A stretch of 64,000 nucleotides of DNA. Source: an uncultured Alphaproteobacteria bacterium (GTDB lineage Bacteria > Pseudomonadota > Alphaproteobacteria > Caulobacterales > Caulobacteraceae). A model generated the notes under the pieces. The model saw only the letters and a program-made list of their open reading frames with translations, was not told the origin of the DNA and did no database searches. Position 1 is the first letter of the stretch, and each line of letters begins with the position of its first letter. The stretch is from positions 10,706 through 74,705 of the forward strand of contig CAVTAH010000004.1 of NCBI GenBank assembly GCA_963732685.1, written 5' to 3'. The translations under genes were made by a program, and so were the position numbers. Below are positions 34,813 to 47,012 of the stretch, in pieces.

Positions 34813-35183
34813 AAGTCATCGTCGACATGAACCTTTCGCCCCGCTGGGCGGCAGCTCTCCGACGCGAAGGTTTTTCGGCCCGACATTGGTCCGAGCTGGG
34901 CAAGGGAGACGCGTCTGATTTCGAGATCATGGCGTTTGCTCGGGAGGAAAGCAGCGTCGTTGTCACTCACGACCTGGATTTCAGCGCCATTCTTGCCGCT
35001 ACGGACGCCAAGGGTCCGAGCGTGGTTCAGATCCGCGCTTCCGACACCGATCCGGCATTGTTCGCAAGCCGTGTCGCCGCAGCTCTGCACCAGGTGGCGA
35101 CTGAGCTGGAGCACGGGGCTCTGATCACAATCGATCCTCGACGTACCCGGTTGCGCATCTTGCCGCTTCGCTCACGCGGGTAG
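34809..35183 (+). CDS. DUF5615 PIN-like toxin (VapC45-like)
   Basis: TTG start in a TTGA overlap; IVDMNLSP, SDFEIM, VTHDLDF, PSVVQIR. Confidence 0.9.
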   Translation: MKVIVDMNLSPRWAAALRREGFSARHWSELGKGDASDFEIMAFAREESSVVVTHDLDFSAILAATDAKGPSVVQIRASDTDPALFASRVAAALHQVATELEHGALITIDPRRTRLRILPLRSRG

Positions 35184-35211
35184 AAGGCCCCGAACAGGAG
35201 CCATCCGACTC

Positions 35212-37367
<2,156 letters not shown>

Positions 37368-37371
<4 letters not shown>

Positions 37372-38723
37372 GCGAGCGCCTCCAGTCGGAAGGTCTGCCC
37401 GCTCGCCAGGCCAGCATCGACGGAGCTCGGCGAGGGCGCCGATCCTCCGGCGGGATAGTCCGTCACTCCGACGATCTTCAGGCGCTTGTCGTCGAGATCC
37501 TGTTTCAGCTGGATCCTGCCCTCGTCGAACTTCGCTTCGACGAGCCCCGAGTCAATGGCGGCGAGCGCTCCGCCGCCGCGCTCGATCGCGGTGAAATCCT
37601 CCCAGGCGGAGCGGGCGAGCTGGTCGGTGAGGCTCTCGAGCGCAAAGGCGCCGGCGGCGGGGTCGATGACCCGCCCGAGCGAGGCCTCCTCCATCAGCAC
37701 GAGGCCGGCGTTGCGGGCGAGGCGGGGGCCGAGCGGGTGCTCCGAGCCGGCCGCCGCATCGTGTGGATAGAGGACCAGGGCGTCCGCGCCGCCCACCGCG
37801 CCGGCGAAGGCGGCAATGGTGAGCCGGATCAGGTTGGACCATGGATCGGCGATCGTCAGCATACGGTGCGAGGAGCGGGCCTCGATCGCCGCCGGAGCCG
37901 TCGAACCGCAGGCCTGCGCCACGCGCGCCCAGAGCCGTCGCGCGGCGCGCAGCTTGGCGATGCCGATCAGCGGCCTTTGGTCCACCGCCAGGGCGAGGAC
38001 GATGCGGGCGAACGCATCCTCCATCGGCAGGCCCGCCTCGACCAGGGCCTTGGCGTAGGCGAGGGCGCCGCTCAGGGCGAAGGCGAGCTCGAACGCCGGG
38101 GTCGCCCCGCGCTCATGCGCCGCCGCGCCGTCGGCCAGAAACAGGCTCGCCCGGGGATGAAGGGCGGAAAGCCGGGCGGCCCGCCTGGCCCAGTCACCGA
38201 CATCGGCCGACGCGCCGCTCTCGAGCCGCGCGCCGATCGGATCCAGGTGCAGGGCGAGAGGCGCGGCCGGCGAGGCCTTCACCGCCGCAGACAGGCGCTC
38301 GGCCGCTTCTGCGCCCTGCGCGCCGGCGCGAAGCGCAATGGGCGCCACGTCGGTGAGCACGCCGTCCAGCATCTCGGCCAGGGCGTCTGCACCGGCGGGC
38401 GAGGCGGTCAGGTCGATCAGGACCGAGGCCGCGCCGTTCTCCAGCGCGTCCAGGATCGCGGACCGCGCGCTGGCCGCATCCCGCGCCAGGATCGGAGCGC
38501 GAAGGTCGAACGGCCGCTCGGCGTCTTGGGGACCTCGCGCCAGCGGCGCGCCCGTCTGGGCGTTGGCGGCGGTATAGAGAGGCGCGATCTCGACGCCTTC
38601 GATCCGCGCGACCAGGCTTTCGGGGGAGGCGCCTTTAAGCGTCTTCTCGACCAAGGCCCGCCAGGCGGCGGGCTCGGCCGGAGGGAAACCGTCGGCTAGG
38701 GTGACGATGGCGGGCTCTGACAT
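37368..38723 (-). CDS. mutA: Methylmalonyl-CoA mutase small subunit
   Basis: [38 protein letters not shown]; GTGA coupling to the large subunit. Confidence 0.88.
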
Positions 38724-38806
38724 GGGCCCGTTGCATCGCACCCCGGCGGCCGGGTCAAGACGAAGCGAGGGCGCCCAGTTCAGGCGGACGCCCCCTTCGC
38801 CTCAGC

Positions 38807-38968
38807 TCAGCGCCAGCAGACGCGGCGGCCGTGACGCCAGTAGCAGTGGTGGTGACCCCAATGACCATGGCGCCAATGATGGTGATGGTAGTAGCGCGGT
38901 TGCGCTTGCGTCGGCGCCGCCGAGATCAAAACAGCGACGGCGAGCGCCGCGCTCACGAACTTGCCCAT
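38807..38968 (-). CDS. Secreted His/Trp/Arg-rich microprotein (53 aa, HHHH motif, two Cys)
   Basis: MGKFVSAALAVAVLISAAPTQAQPRYYHHHHWRHGHWGHHHCYWRHGRRVCWR; GAGGA RBS; GC-rich hairpin after the stop; below the ORF-track cutoff. Confidence 0.8.
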   Translation of the reverse strand: MGKFVSAALAVAVLISAAPTQAQPRYYHHHHWRHGHWGHHHCYWRHGRRVCWR

Positions 38969-39169
38969 GATCGTTCCTCGCTTCTTTGAGCCGGCTCTCC
39001 CGGTAAGCTTGGCTGATGTCTTAACCGCGCCGGCCCCTCGTCTGCTACCCCCGATTTGCTAAAGCGAAGGTGAACGCGCGGAGGAGCCTTCATTCCCGCT
39101 TCGCATATTCTTGGTGGATTTCCGGGCGGACACACGGATGCGCGCAACGCGTGACAGAAGCCCTTGGGT

Positions 39170-39889
39170 ATGAACGGCAACGACGCCGCGCCCGCGGCCC
39201 AGATCCTGGTGGTCGACGACGATCCCGGGATTCGCCTCGCCGTGGCCGAGTTCCTGGGCGGCTACGGCTTCAAGGTCGCCACCGCCGAGAACGTCCTCGC
39301 GGCCGACGCCCTGCTGGTGCGCACTCCCGCGGACGTGGTCGTTCTGGACGTGATGATGCCCGGCGAGGACGGACTGAGCTTCTGTCGCCGCCTCAGCGCC
39401 GGAGCCGCCAAGCCCGCGATCATCATGCTCTCGGCGGCGGGCGAGACCACCGACCGCATCATCGGCATCGAGACCGGGGCCGACAGCTACCTGCCAAAGC
39501 CGTGCGATCCGCACGAGCTTCTCGCCCATGTCCGTTCGGCCCTTCGCCGCCGCCTCGCGCCGCCCGCCCCCCGAGGCGGGGTCTTCGTGTTCTCCGGCTG
39601 GCGGCTCGACGCCGTGGGCCGAGCGCTCACGAGGCCGGACGGGGTGGTGGTGAACCTCTCCGCCGGCGAGTTCCAGGTCCTGCTCGCCTTCGCCGAACGG
39701 CCGGGGCGCGTGCTGAGCCGCGAACAGCTGCTGGAGTATGCGCGCGGGCCGGACAGCGACTCCTTCGACCGGGCGATCGATGTCCAGGTGAGCCGATTGC
39801 GCCGCAAGCTCGATCGCTCGGGCGAGGAGATGATCCGGACGATCCGCTCCGAAGGCTACATGTTCCTGCCCAAAGTCACCCGCCCATGA
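39170..39889 (+). CDS. OmpR-family response regulator
   Basis: ILVVDDD, LDVMMPGEDG, KP, wHTH FDRAIDVQVSRLRRKL...IRTIRSEGY. Confidence 0.95.
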   Translation: MNGNDAAPAAQILVVDDDPGIRLAVAEFLGGYGFKVATAENVLAADALLVRTPADVVVLDVMMPGEDGLSFCRRLSAGAAKPAIIMLSAAGETTDRIIGIETGADSYLPKPCDPHELLAHVRSALRRRLAPPAPRGGVFVFSGWRLDAVGRALTRPDGVVVNLSAGEFQVLLAFAERPGRVLSREQLLEYARGPDSDSFDRAIDVQVSRLRRKLDRSGEEMIRTIRSEGYMFLPKVTRP

Positions 39890-41266
39890 AGCTCGGCGTC
39901 CGCCGCGTCGGGGTGCTCGCCCAGCTGCTGCTGCTGATCGGGGTGACCCTCTCGGCGGGCGGACTGATCAACTATGCGATGATCGTCAGCCGGCCCCCGC
40001 CGGAATTCCCCGTCTACCGCATCAGCGAGATCGCCAATGCGTTCCGCGGCCAGCCGGTCCGCCTGGAGGGTCGAGGACAGTTGGCCCTGAGCTGGGACGG
40101 CGCCGCCGGGGCGGCGGGAGCCATCCGCGCCGCGCAGGCCCGCGCCGAAGGCTCTCCTGAAGGCCGCGAACCGCTGCGGCGGGACGCCTCTCTGGGCGCG
40201 GCCCTGGCGGCGGTGATGGAGGTTCCCGCCGACTCGATCGACTTCTACGTCGGAACGCCGCCCGGCGGACGACGACATCTGCTGCACGAGTTGATGCGGC
40301 AGGGCATGAACGTCGACGGCGAGCGGCTGGTGATCGGCCGCTTCCTGGTGGTCTTCCATGCCGACAATGGCGGCGTCGCCGTGCTCCGGCCGGACCTGCG
40401 CTATCGCTCCCACAGCGCCTGGGCGCGGCAGATCGCGCTGGTGGTGCTGGCGGGGCTGCTGATCATGCTCCCCGTCGCCTTGCTCTTCGCCCAACGCCTG
40501 ACGCGGCCGATCCGCGTCTTCGCCGCCAGCGCCGAGCGGGTCGGGCGCGATCCCTTCGGCGAGCCCGTCCCCGTCCGTGGCCCCGCCGAGATCGCAGCCG
40601 CGGCCGAAGCGCTCAACCTGATGCAGTCGCGCCTGCGCGCCTTCGTCTCCGAGCGGCTGCGGATCGTCGCCGCCGTGGCTCACGACCTTCGCACCCCGCT
40701 CACGCGCCTGTCCTTCCTGGCCGAAAAGGCCCCCCCGGAGCTGCGCGACAGCATGCGCGCCGAGATCCGCGAGATGTCGTCGATGATGGACGCGACCATG
40801 GCTTTCGTGCGCGACGCCACCCGGCCCGTGACCCGCGAGCGCATCGAGCTCCGCTCGCTGCTCGAGACCATCGCCGACGAGGCCAGCGACCACGGCGAGG
40901 ATGTCGACCTGGAGCCGGGACCCGGAAGTCGTGACCCGGGGCGACGCGGTGGCGCTGAAGCGGATGATCGGCAATCTGGTGATCAACGCCCAGAAGTACG
41001 GCGGCGGCGCGGTCCTGCGGCTGTGGCGCGAGGAAGCGGCGGCGCGGATCGTGGTCGACGACCGCGGCCCCGGGCTGCCCGAGAGCGAACTCGAGCGGGT
41101 GTTCGAGCCCTTCTACCGCAGCGAACACTCGCGCTCGCGGGAAACCGGCGGGGCGGGCCTGGGCCTCTCGGTCGTTCGCGACACCGCCCGCGCGCACGGC
41201 GGCGCGGCCTGGCTGGAGAACCGTGATGGCGGCGGTCTGCGCGCCAACCTCGTCCTGCCCACCTGA
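39886..41266 (+). CDS. HAMP-domain sensor histidine kinase (frameshift near 40922)
   Basis: Two TMs, H-box AHDLRTPLTRL; the N, G1, F and G2 boxes (NAQKYG, DRGPG, FEPFYR, GAGLGL) are in a second frame. Confidence 0.92.
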
Positions 41267-41274
41267 GCCTGAAG

Positions 41275-43791
41275 TTGAGTCGCATCGTGAGAAAGAGACT
41301 GGGTTGGCGCGTGGTCGCCCTGCTGTCGCTGGGCCTCGCGGTGCAGGCCAGAGCCGCCGCGCAGGCCGATGACGAGGACTCGACGACCGTGTCCGAGGTC
41401 ACCGTCCAGGGCGCCAAGCCGCCGGGTTCGGTGGTCGGCGACATCAAGCCGGAGGTGGTCTTCAGCCCGGCGGACATCCGCACCTATGGCGTGAGCACCG
41501 TCACCGAACTGCTCGATGAGCTCGCGCCCCAGATCCGCAGCGATCGGGGGCGCGGCGGCGAGCCGCCGGCGGTGCTGCTCAACGGCCACCGCATCTCGAG
41601 CCTGGCCGAGGTGCGGGACATTCCCACCGAGGCCATCCAGCGGATCGACATCCTGCCGGAAGAGGTCGCCCTCAAGTACGGCTATGCGGCGGACCAGAAG
41701 GTGGTGAACATCGTCCTTCGCCGCCGCTTCCGGGCGATCACGGCCGAAGGCAGCGCCGGGGCGACCACCGATGGCGGCTATCCGAGCGGGCAGGCGGAGG
41801 CCGACGAGTTCCGCGTACGTCGCGACGCCCGGCTCAACCTCGACCTCAAGTATCAGGCGAGCGGCAACCTCACCGACGCCCAGCGCGGGATCGTGCAGAC
41901 GCCAGGATCGGGGCCGGCGGATTCACGCACCCTGCTGCCGGCGACGCAGACCATCACCGCCAACGCGGTCGCGGCCAAGCCGCTCTCCACCGACACCACC
42001 ATGACCGTGAACGGCTCGCTTTCGGCCAACGACAGCACGTCCCTGCTGGGCGATCCGTCGTTGCGGCTGAGGGTTCCGCCGACCGACCCCTTCTACGATC
42101 CCGACCAGCCGACCGTGACCGCCTTCGCGCCGGGCTACGGCCCGATCCAGCAGCAGGTGGAGGGTTGGACCGCGCACCTGGGGACGACGATCAACAAGGA
42201 TACGCCGAACTGGCGCTATTCCTTCACGGCGGCGGCCGACCATGGCGACACCGAGACTCGTACCGGCGGGGCGCTCGACCCCGCCGCCCTGCAGGCGCTG
42301 CTGAACGCGGGCTCGACCGGCTTCAACCCCTATGGCGCGATCCCGAACGGCCTGCTGCGCCTGCAGCCGACCAGCGAGGCGCGGGCGATCACCAACAGCG
42401 GCAACGCTCAGGTGCTGATGAATGGGTCGTTGGCGCGCCTTCCGGCGGGCGCCCTGTACGTCAGCCTCAAGGCCGGCGACACGATCAGCTTCGAGGACGC
42501 CAGCTCGACCCGGCTTGGCGTCTTCGAGCGGGTGAACCTCTCGCGCAACGACTTCAACGCCCAGGCGAACGTCGATCTGCCGATCGCCAACGCGGCCAGG
42601 GGCGTGCTGCGGCCGGTGGGGAACCTGTCGCTCAACGCCAACGCGGCGGTGGACGAGCTGTCGGACTTCGGCGCGCTGCTCTCCTACGGTTATGGCGCGA
42701 ACTGGTCGCCGCGGACCGGGGTCACCTTTCTGGTCTCGCACACCGAGGACGAGGCCGCGCCGACCATCGCCCAGTTGGGCGACCCACAGCTCGTCACGCC
42801 CGGACAGCCGGTGTTCGACTACGTCACCGGTGAGAGCGTGAACGCCACGGTGATCACCGGCGGCAATCGCGGCCTGCTCGCCGACCATCGCTCGGTGACC
42901 AAGATCGGCCTGACGCTGAAGCCCTGGAGCAGCAAGGACCTCACCTTCACCGCCAACTACATCGACAGCCATATCAGGAACGCCATCCAGGGCTTCCCCG
43001 CCGCCGACGCCGCCATCCAGCAGGCCTTCCCCGACCGCTTCATACGCGACGCCTCGGGGACCCTGATCGAGGAGGATCTGCGGCCGGTGAACTTCGCCGA
43101 GTCCGACCGCCAGGAGCTGCGCTATGGGCTCAACTACTCGCGGCCGATCGGCAAGCAGCCGCCGCCCCGGCCGGGGTTCGGCTTCCGGCGCCAAGGCGGA
43201 CAGGGCGGACCGCCAGGCGAGGGCGGGCCGCGCGGGAGCGGTGGCTTCGGCGGCGGCGGTCGGGGCGGCTTCGGTGGTGGGCGCGGCGGCTTCTTCCCCG
43301 CCGGTGGACGACTGCAGTTCGCCGTCTATCACACCATCTTCTTCGAGGATTCCCTGCTCACCCGGCCGGGCGGTCCACGGCTCGATCTGCTGAACGGCTC
43401 CCCTTCAGGCAACTCCGGCGGCCAACCCCGTCACGAGGTGGAGGTGCAGGCGGGATTCACCCTCAACGGGTTCGGCGCGCGGCTTTCAGGCGATTGGAAG
43501 AGCGGCACGACGGTTTATGGCGACCCGACCTCGCCTACGGGCCAGCTCAGCTTCTCGAACATCGCCACCGCCAACCTGCGGGTTTGGGAGGACTTCGGCC
43601 AGAACCGCCGCATCGCCACCAAGTACCGCTGGCTGCGCGGCGTGCGGGCGACGGTGTCGGTCACCAACCTGACGAACGACCGGATCACCGTGCGCGACGC
43701 CGCCGGCGTCACGCCGTTGATCTACCAGAGCGCCTACCTCGACCCGGCGGGCCGCACGATCAGGATCACCCTGCGCAAGCTGTTCTTCTGA
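41275..43791 (+). CDS. TonB-dependent receptor-like outer-membrane protein with a Gly-rich insertion
   Basis: Signal peptide, EVTVQG, plug IPTEAIQRIDILP, C-terminal LDPAGRTIRITLRKLFF. Confidence 0.88.
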   Translation: MSRIVRKRLGWRVVALLSLGLAVQARAAAQADDEDSTTVSEVTVQGAKPPGSVVGDIKPEVVFSPADIRTYGVSTVTELLDELAPQIRSDRGRGGEPPAVLLNGHRISSLAEVRDIPTEAIQRIDILPEEVALKYGYAADQKVVNIVLRRRFRAITAEGSAGATTDGGYPSGQAEADEFRVRRDARLNLDLKYQASGNLTDAQRGIVQTPGSGPADSRTLLPATQTITANAVAAKPLSTDTTMTVNGSLSANDSTSLLGDPSLRLRVPPTDPFYDPDQPTVTAFAPGYGPIQQQVEGWTAHLGTTINKDTPNWRYSFTAAADHGDTETRTGGALDPAALQALLNAGSTGFNPYGAIPNGLLRLQPTSEARAITNSGNAQVLMNGSLARLPAGALYVSLKAGDTISFEDASSTRLGVFERVNLSRNDFNAQANVDLPIANAARGVLRPVGNLSLNANAAVDELSDFGALLSYGYGANWSPRTGVTFLVSHTEDEAAPTIAQLGDPQLVTPGQPVFDYVTGESVNATVITGGNRGLLADHRSVTKIGLTLKPWSSKDLTFTANYIDSHIRNAIQGFPAADAAIQQAFPDRFIRDASGTLIEEDLRPVNFAESDRQELRYGLNYSRPIGKQPPPRPGFGFRRQGGQGGPPGEGGPRGSGGFGGGGRGGFGGGRGGFFPAGGRLQFAVYHTIFFEDSLLTRPGGPRLDLLNGSPSGNSGGQPRHEVEVQAGFTLNGFGARLSGDWKSGTTVYGDPTSPTGQLSFSNIATANLRVWEDFGQNRRIATKYRWLRGVRATVSVTNLTNDRITVRDAAGVTPLIYQSAYLDPAGRTIRITLRKLFF

Positions 43792-43800
43792 TCGCGCCCA

Positions 43801-44976
43801 TCACGCCTTCGCCAACACAGCGTCCGTCGCCTTGCAGAAGTCGCGCATGTCCTCCATCGAGCCGACGGTGACGCGCGAGACGGTGGGCCAGATCGGCCAG
43901 GAGCGGCCGATCTCCACGCTCTGGGTCCGGTAGAGCGCCTGCATGTCGTGGGCGGGCTTGGTTCCCCAGTCGATCATGAACATGTTGGCGTTGGTCGGCA
44001 GCACCTTGAGGCCGCGCTTCTCCAGGAAGGCGAGGGTCATCGCCCGAGTCTCGCGCATCTCCTGGCGGCGGGCGGCGATCAGTGGAGCGGCGGTGAGGCT
44101 GGCGGTGGCGCAGGTGAGGGAGGGGAGCGGCAAGGCGCCCGACTGCATCCCGCCGTCATAACGCATCATCTTCGCCAGCAGGTCCGGTCGCGCCATGCAG
44201 TAGCCCATGCGCATTCCCGCCATCCCGAAGATCTTCGAGAAGGTCCTGAGCACCACCACGTCCTTGCCCGCGACGACCATGGACGAGCAGACCGGCACGT
44301 CGGCGAAGTGGGTATAGGCCTCGTCGACCAGCACGTAGGAGCCGGCGGGCTTGTTGGCGACCAGCCACTCGATCTCGGAGACGGGCGTGACCGTTCCGGT
44401 CGGGTTGTTGGGCGAGCATACGTAGTACAGGCCGGCGTTCGGATCGGCCGCCAGCATGGCCCGCACGTCGTGGGTCATGTCGGCTTTCAGCGGCACGCGC
44501 TTGACCGGCGCGCCGAGCCACTCGGCGGTGCGGCCCGCGAGTTCGAACGTCGGGTTCGCGGTCACCAGGCCCCGGGTGGGCGAGCAGAAGGTGACCACGG
44601 CGCGCGACAGCGGGTCGGAGGAGCCGGGCCAAGGCGCGACATGGTCGCCGGGCACGCCCTCCACCACGGTCACCGCCTTGAGGAAGTCGCCGCGCTCGTC
44701 GTGTGGCGAGTAGCGGTTGCCCTGGGCGATGATCCCCGCCGCTGCCTTCTGTCCGGGCTCCAAGGGGCCGGTCCAACACTCGTTGGCGCCGATGCGCACC
44801 TTTGCGCTGGGCGCCGGATCGGGAGTCCCCGCCGACGCCCAGGCGGGACGCCCCACGCTGGCGGCGGCGAAGCCCGCGCTGAATACGCCGGCGATCTTCG
44901 CCAGAGCGCGGCGCGAATAGCCGCGGGCGAGCAGGTCTTCCCGGGCGTCGGCCGAGAGCAGGTCAGGACTGTCCAT
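43801..44976 (-). CDS. PLP-dependent class I/II (HisC-like) aminotransferase with a Tat-like signal
   Basis: YSRRAL...AWA leader; NEC, SPNNPTG, VDEAY, RTFSKIFGMAGMRMGY. Confidence 0.9.
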   Translation of the reverse strand: MDSPDLLSADAREDLLARGYSRRALAKIAGVFSAGFAAASVGRPAWASAGTPDPAPSAKVRIGANECWTGPLEPGQKAAAGIIAQGNRYSPHDERGDFLKAVTVVEGVPGDHVAPWPGSSDPLSRAVVTFCSPTRGLVTANPTFELAGRTAEWLGAPVKRVPLKADMTHDVRAMLAADPNAGLYYVCSPNNPTGTVTPVSEIEWLVANKPAGSYVLVDEAYTHFADVPVCSSMVVAGKDVVVLRTFSKIFGMAGMRMGYCMARPDLLAKMMRYDGGMQSGALPLPSLTCATASLTAAPLIAARRQEMRETRAMTLAFLEKRGLKVLPTNANMFMIDWGTKPAHDMQALYRTQSVEIGRSWPIWPTVSRVTVGSMEDMRDFCKATDAVLAKA

Positions 44977-44982
44977 GGCGAG

Positions 44983-45819
44983 TCACATCCTCAGGGCGTT
45001 CTTGAACATCAGCAGGGAGATGAACACGAGATAGACGCCGAACACCCGCTTCAGCGTCCGGGAGGGCAGGCTGTGGGCGGCGGCCACGCCATAGGGCGCG
45101 GTGAGGATCGACATGGAAGTGATCACCACCGCCGCCGGCAGGTTGACGTAGCCCAGCGAGCCCCAGGGCAGGCCGCCGCGGCCCAGTCCGATCAGGGCGA
45201 AGCCGATGCCCGTCGGGATGGAGATGAGCGTGCCCACGCCCGAGGCGGTGGCGATGGCGCGCTGGATGGTGCGCCCGCTCAAGGTCATGGTGAGGATAGC
45301 GATCACCCCGCCGCCCACGCCCAGAAGCGCGGAGAAGCCGCCCAGCCCGCCGGCCAGGGCGGCTCGGCCCACGCCCCGGGGCATGTCGCTCCAGATCTGG
45401 CGGTCGCCCATGCCGGGGATGAGGAAGTTCAGGCTGAACAGCAGCACCCCGCCGGCGAAGATCAAGGTGAGGGCCAGCCCGTCCACATGACCGGCGAGAA
45501 GCACGCCCAGGCTCGCCCCGATCAGCAGCCAGGGCGCCCAGGTTTTGAGCACTTCCCACTCCACCGCCCCGCGCTTCGCATGCGAGCGGAGGGAGCGGAT
45601 CGAGGTGACCACGATGGTCGCCGCCGAAGTGCCGATGGCCACATGGGCCATCTCCGCCTTGGTCCCGCCGAGCAGCGGCAGCACCACGAACAGGGCCGGC
45701 ACCACCACGAACCCGCCGCCGATCCCGAAGAGGCCCGCGCTGAAGCCGGCGACGAGGCCGGCGGCGAGGAGGGCCAGCAGCGGAACGAGCCAGAATTCGA
45801 ACGTGGTGACCACGGGCAA
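44983..45819 (-). CDS. TauE/SafE family membrane exporter
   Basis: GLFGIGGG..VVP, AIGTS, GVGGG, GSLGYVNL. Confidence 0.9.
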   Translation of the reverse strand: MPVVTTFEFWLVPLLALLAAGLVAGFSAGLFGIGGGFVVVPALFVVLPLLGGTKAEMAHVAIGTSAATIVVTSIRSLRSHAKRGAVEWEVLKTWAPWLLIGASLGVLLAGHVDGLALTLIFAGGVLLFSLNFLIPGMGDRQIWSDMPRGVGRAALAGGLGGFSALLGVGGGVIAILTMTLSGRTIQRAIATASGVGTLISIPTGIGFALIGLGRGGLPWGSLGYVNLPAAVVITSMSILTAPYGVAAAHSLPSRTLKRVFGVYLVFISLLMFKNALRM

Positions 45820-45929
45820 GCGCTATAGGCGCGGGGCTCCGCTCGCCACTCGCAATCCTGCCAGGGCGACCCGCGCGGGTCCGGCGCCCGATCGCCTCTC
45901 ACCGGCGCCGCAATCTTGCGCAGCGCGGA

Positions 45930-46178
45930 TCAGCGCTTGAGGAAGGCCCGGATGAGCCCGAACAGCGCCACCACCGCCCAAGCCGCTTCCATGAGAAAGG
46001 CCGACAGGTTGAAGGCGCTCAACAGCGACAGCATCACCAGGCAAGACCCTGTCAGGTTCAACAGCAGCGACGGCGGCCGCACCGGGTCGAGCCGACCCAA
46101 CTGCGCCGCGGCGTAGGCGCCCAGCATCATCAGCACGCCGCCGATGCCGAGGACATCGGTGAGATGGAGGGGATGCAT
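45930..46178 (-). CDS. Small membrane protein (CBU_0592-like)
   Basis: Three hydrophobic segments; LNLTGS, FNLSAFLMEAAW. Confidence 0.8.
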   Translation of the reverse strand: MHPLHLTDVLGIGGVLMMLGAYAAAQLGRLDPVRPPSLLLNLTGSCLVMLSLLSAFNLSAFLMEAAWAVVALFGLIRAFLKR

Positions 46179-46209
46179 GAGGCTTGCGGAGCGCGGGCGC
46201 TCCGGGCCG

Positions 46210-46980
46210 TCAGCTCGCCGGCGCCGCCGCGGCGTGTTCGCTGTAGAGCATGGTCGAGGTTTCGCGGTTACCCATGGCGGGCGTGCCGTCGGCCTTCCGA
46301 TAGGTGGTCAGCACCAGGGCCTTGTACTTGCCGCCATCGGTGAGCTCCCACGAGCGAGTGGTGATCTCCTGGCCGGTCTGGGTGTTCTTGTCGTTCCGAT
46401 ACAGGCTGAAGCCGTGGCCGGAGGTCGCCCAGTTGTGCAGGGCGACGACCAGCGGTCTCGCCGGCGCCTGCGGGTCGACCGGGGCGATGATGTCGACGTG
46501 GCAGGTGTCCGGGTTCGAGCCGAACGCGAGCAAGGTGAGCTGGAACCCAGCGCCCTTGTTGACATAGTTCCCATCGCTGTTCTTGCGGAAGCCGCCGGAC
46601 TTGGCGAGCTTGTCCAGATTGCCGCCCTCGACTGCCGGAATGCAGATCTGATCGAGGGTCGACAACAGCTTGATGGCCGTCGGATCGGTCGGCGGCCCGG
46701 GCGGAGCGGGCGGCGGCGGCTCGGGCGCGGCTTCCGGGGTGGGCGAGGCGGAAGGCGCGCCGGCCGCGGGCGGGTTCACCGGTGCGCCGGGCGCCGCCGT
46801 TGACGGGCTGGCGGGCGCGGTGGTCGGAGCCGGAGCCGCGGCGGGCGGCGGCGAGGCGGGCGCGGTGGTCGGCGCCGGAGCGGCGGCGGGCGGCGCCGCG
46901 GGCGCGGTGGTGTCGGTCTGGGCGAGCGCGGGACCGGCGGCCAGAGCCAGGACGAGGAGGCTGATCATCGAGGGGCGCAT
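46210..46980 (-). CDS. Exported hypothetical protein with a Pro/Ala/Thr-rich N-terminal region
   Basis: Signal peptide [20 protein letters not shown]; PAT repeats; C-terminal globular domain with 2 Cys. Confidence 0.8.
   Translation of the reverse strand: MRPSMISLLVLALAAGPALAQTDTTAPAAPPAAAPAPTTAPASPPPAAAPAPTTAPASPSTAAPGAPVNPPAAGAPSASPTPEAAPEPPPPAPPGPPTDPTAIKLLSTLDQICIPAVEGGNLDKLAKSGGFRKNSDGNYVNKGAGFQLTLLAFGSNPDTCHVDIIAPVDPQAPARPLVVALHNWATSGHGFSLYRNDKNTQTGQEITTRSWELTDGGKYKALVLTTYRKADGTPAMGNRETSTMLYSEHAAAAPAS
46811..46911. repeat. Intragenic tandem repeat, about 42-45 nt period
   Basis: gcgggcgcggtggt recurs at 46811, 46856 and 46898, encoding [11 protein letters not shown]-like units. Confidence 0.7.
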
Positions 46981-47012
46981 GGTGGTCTCGCTTCTAGGGA
47001 TTGCAGCCTGAA

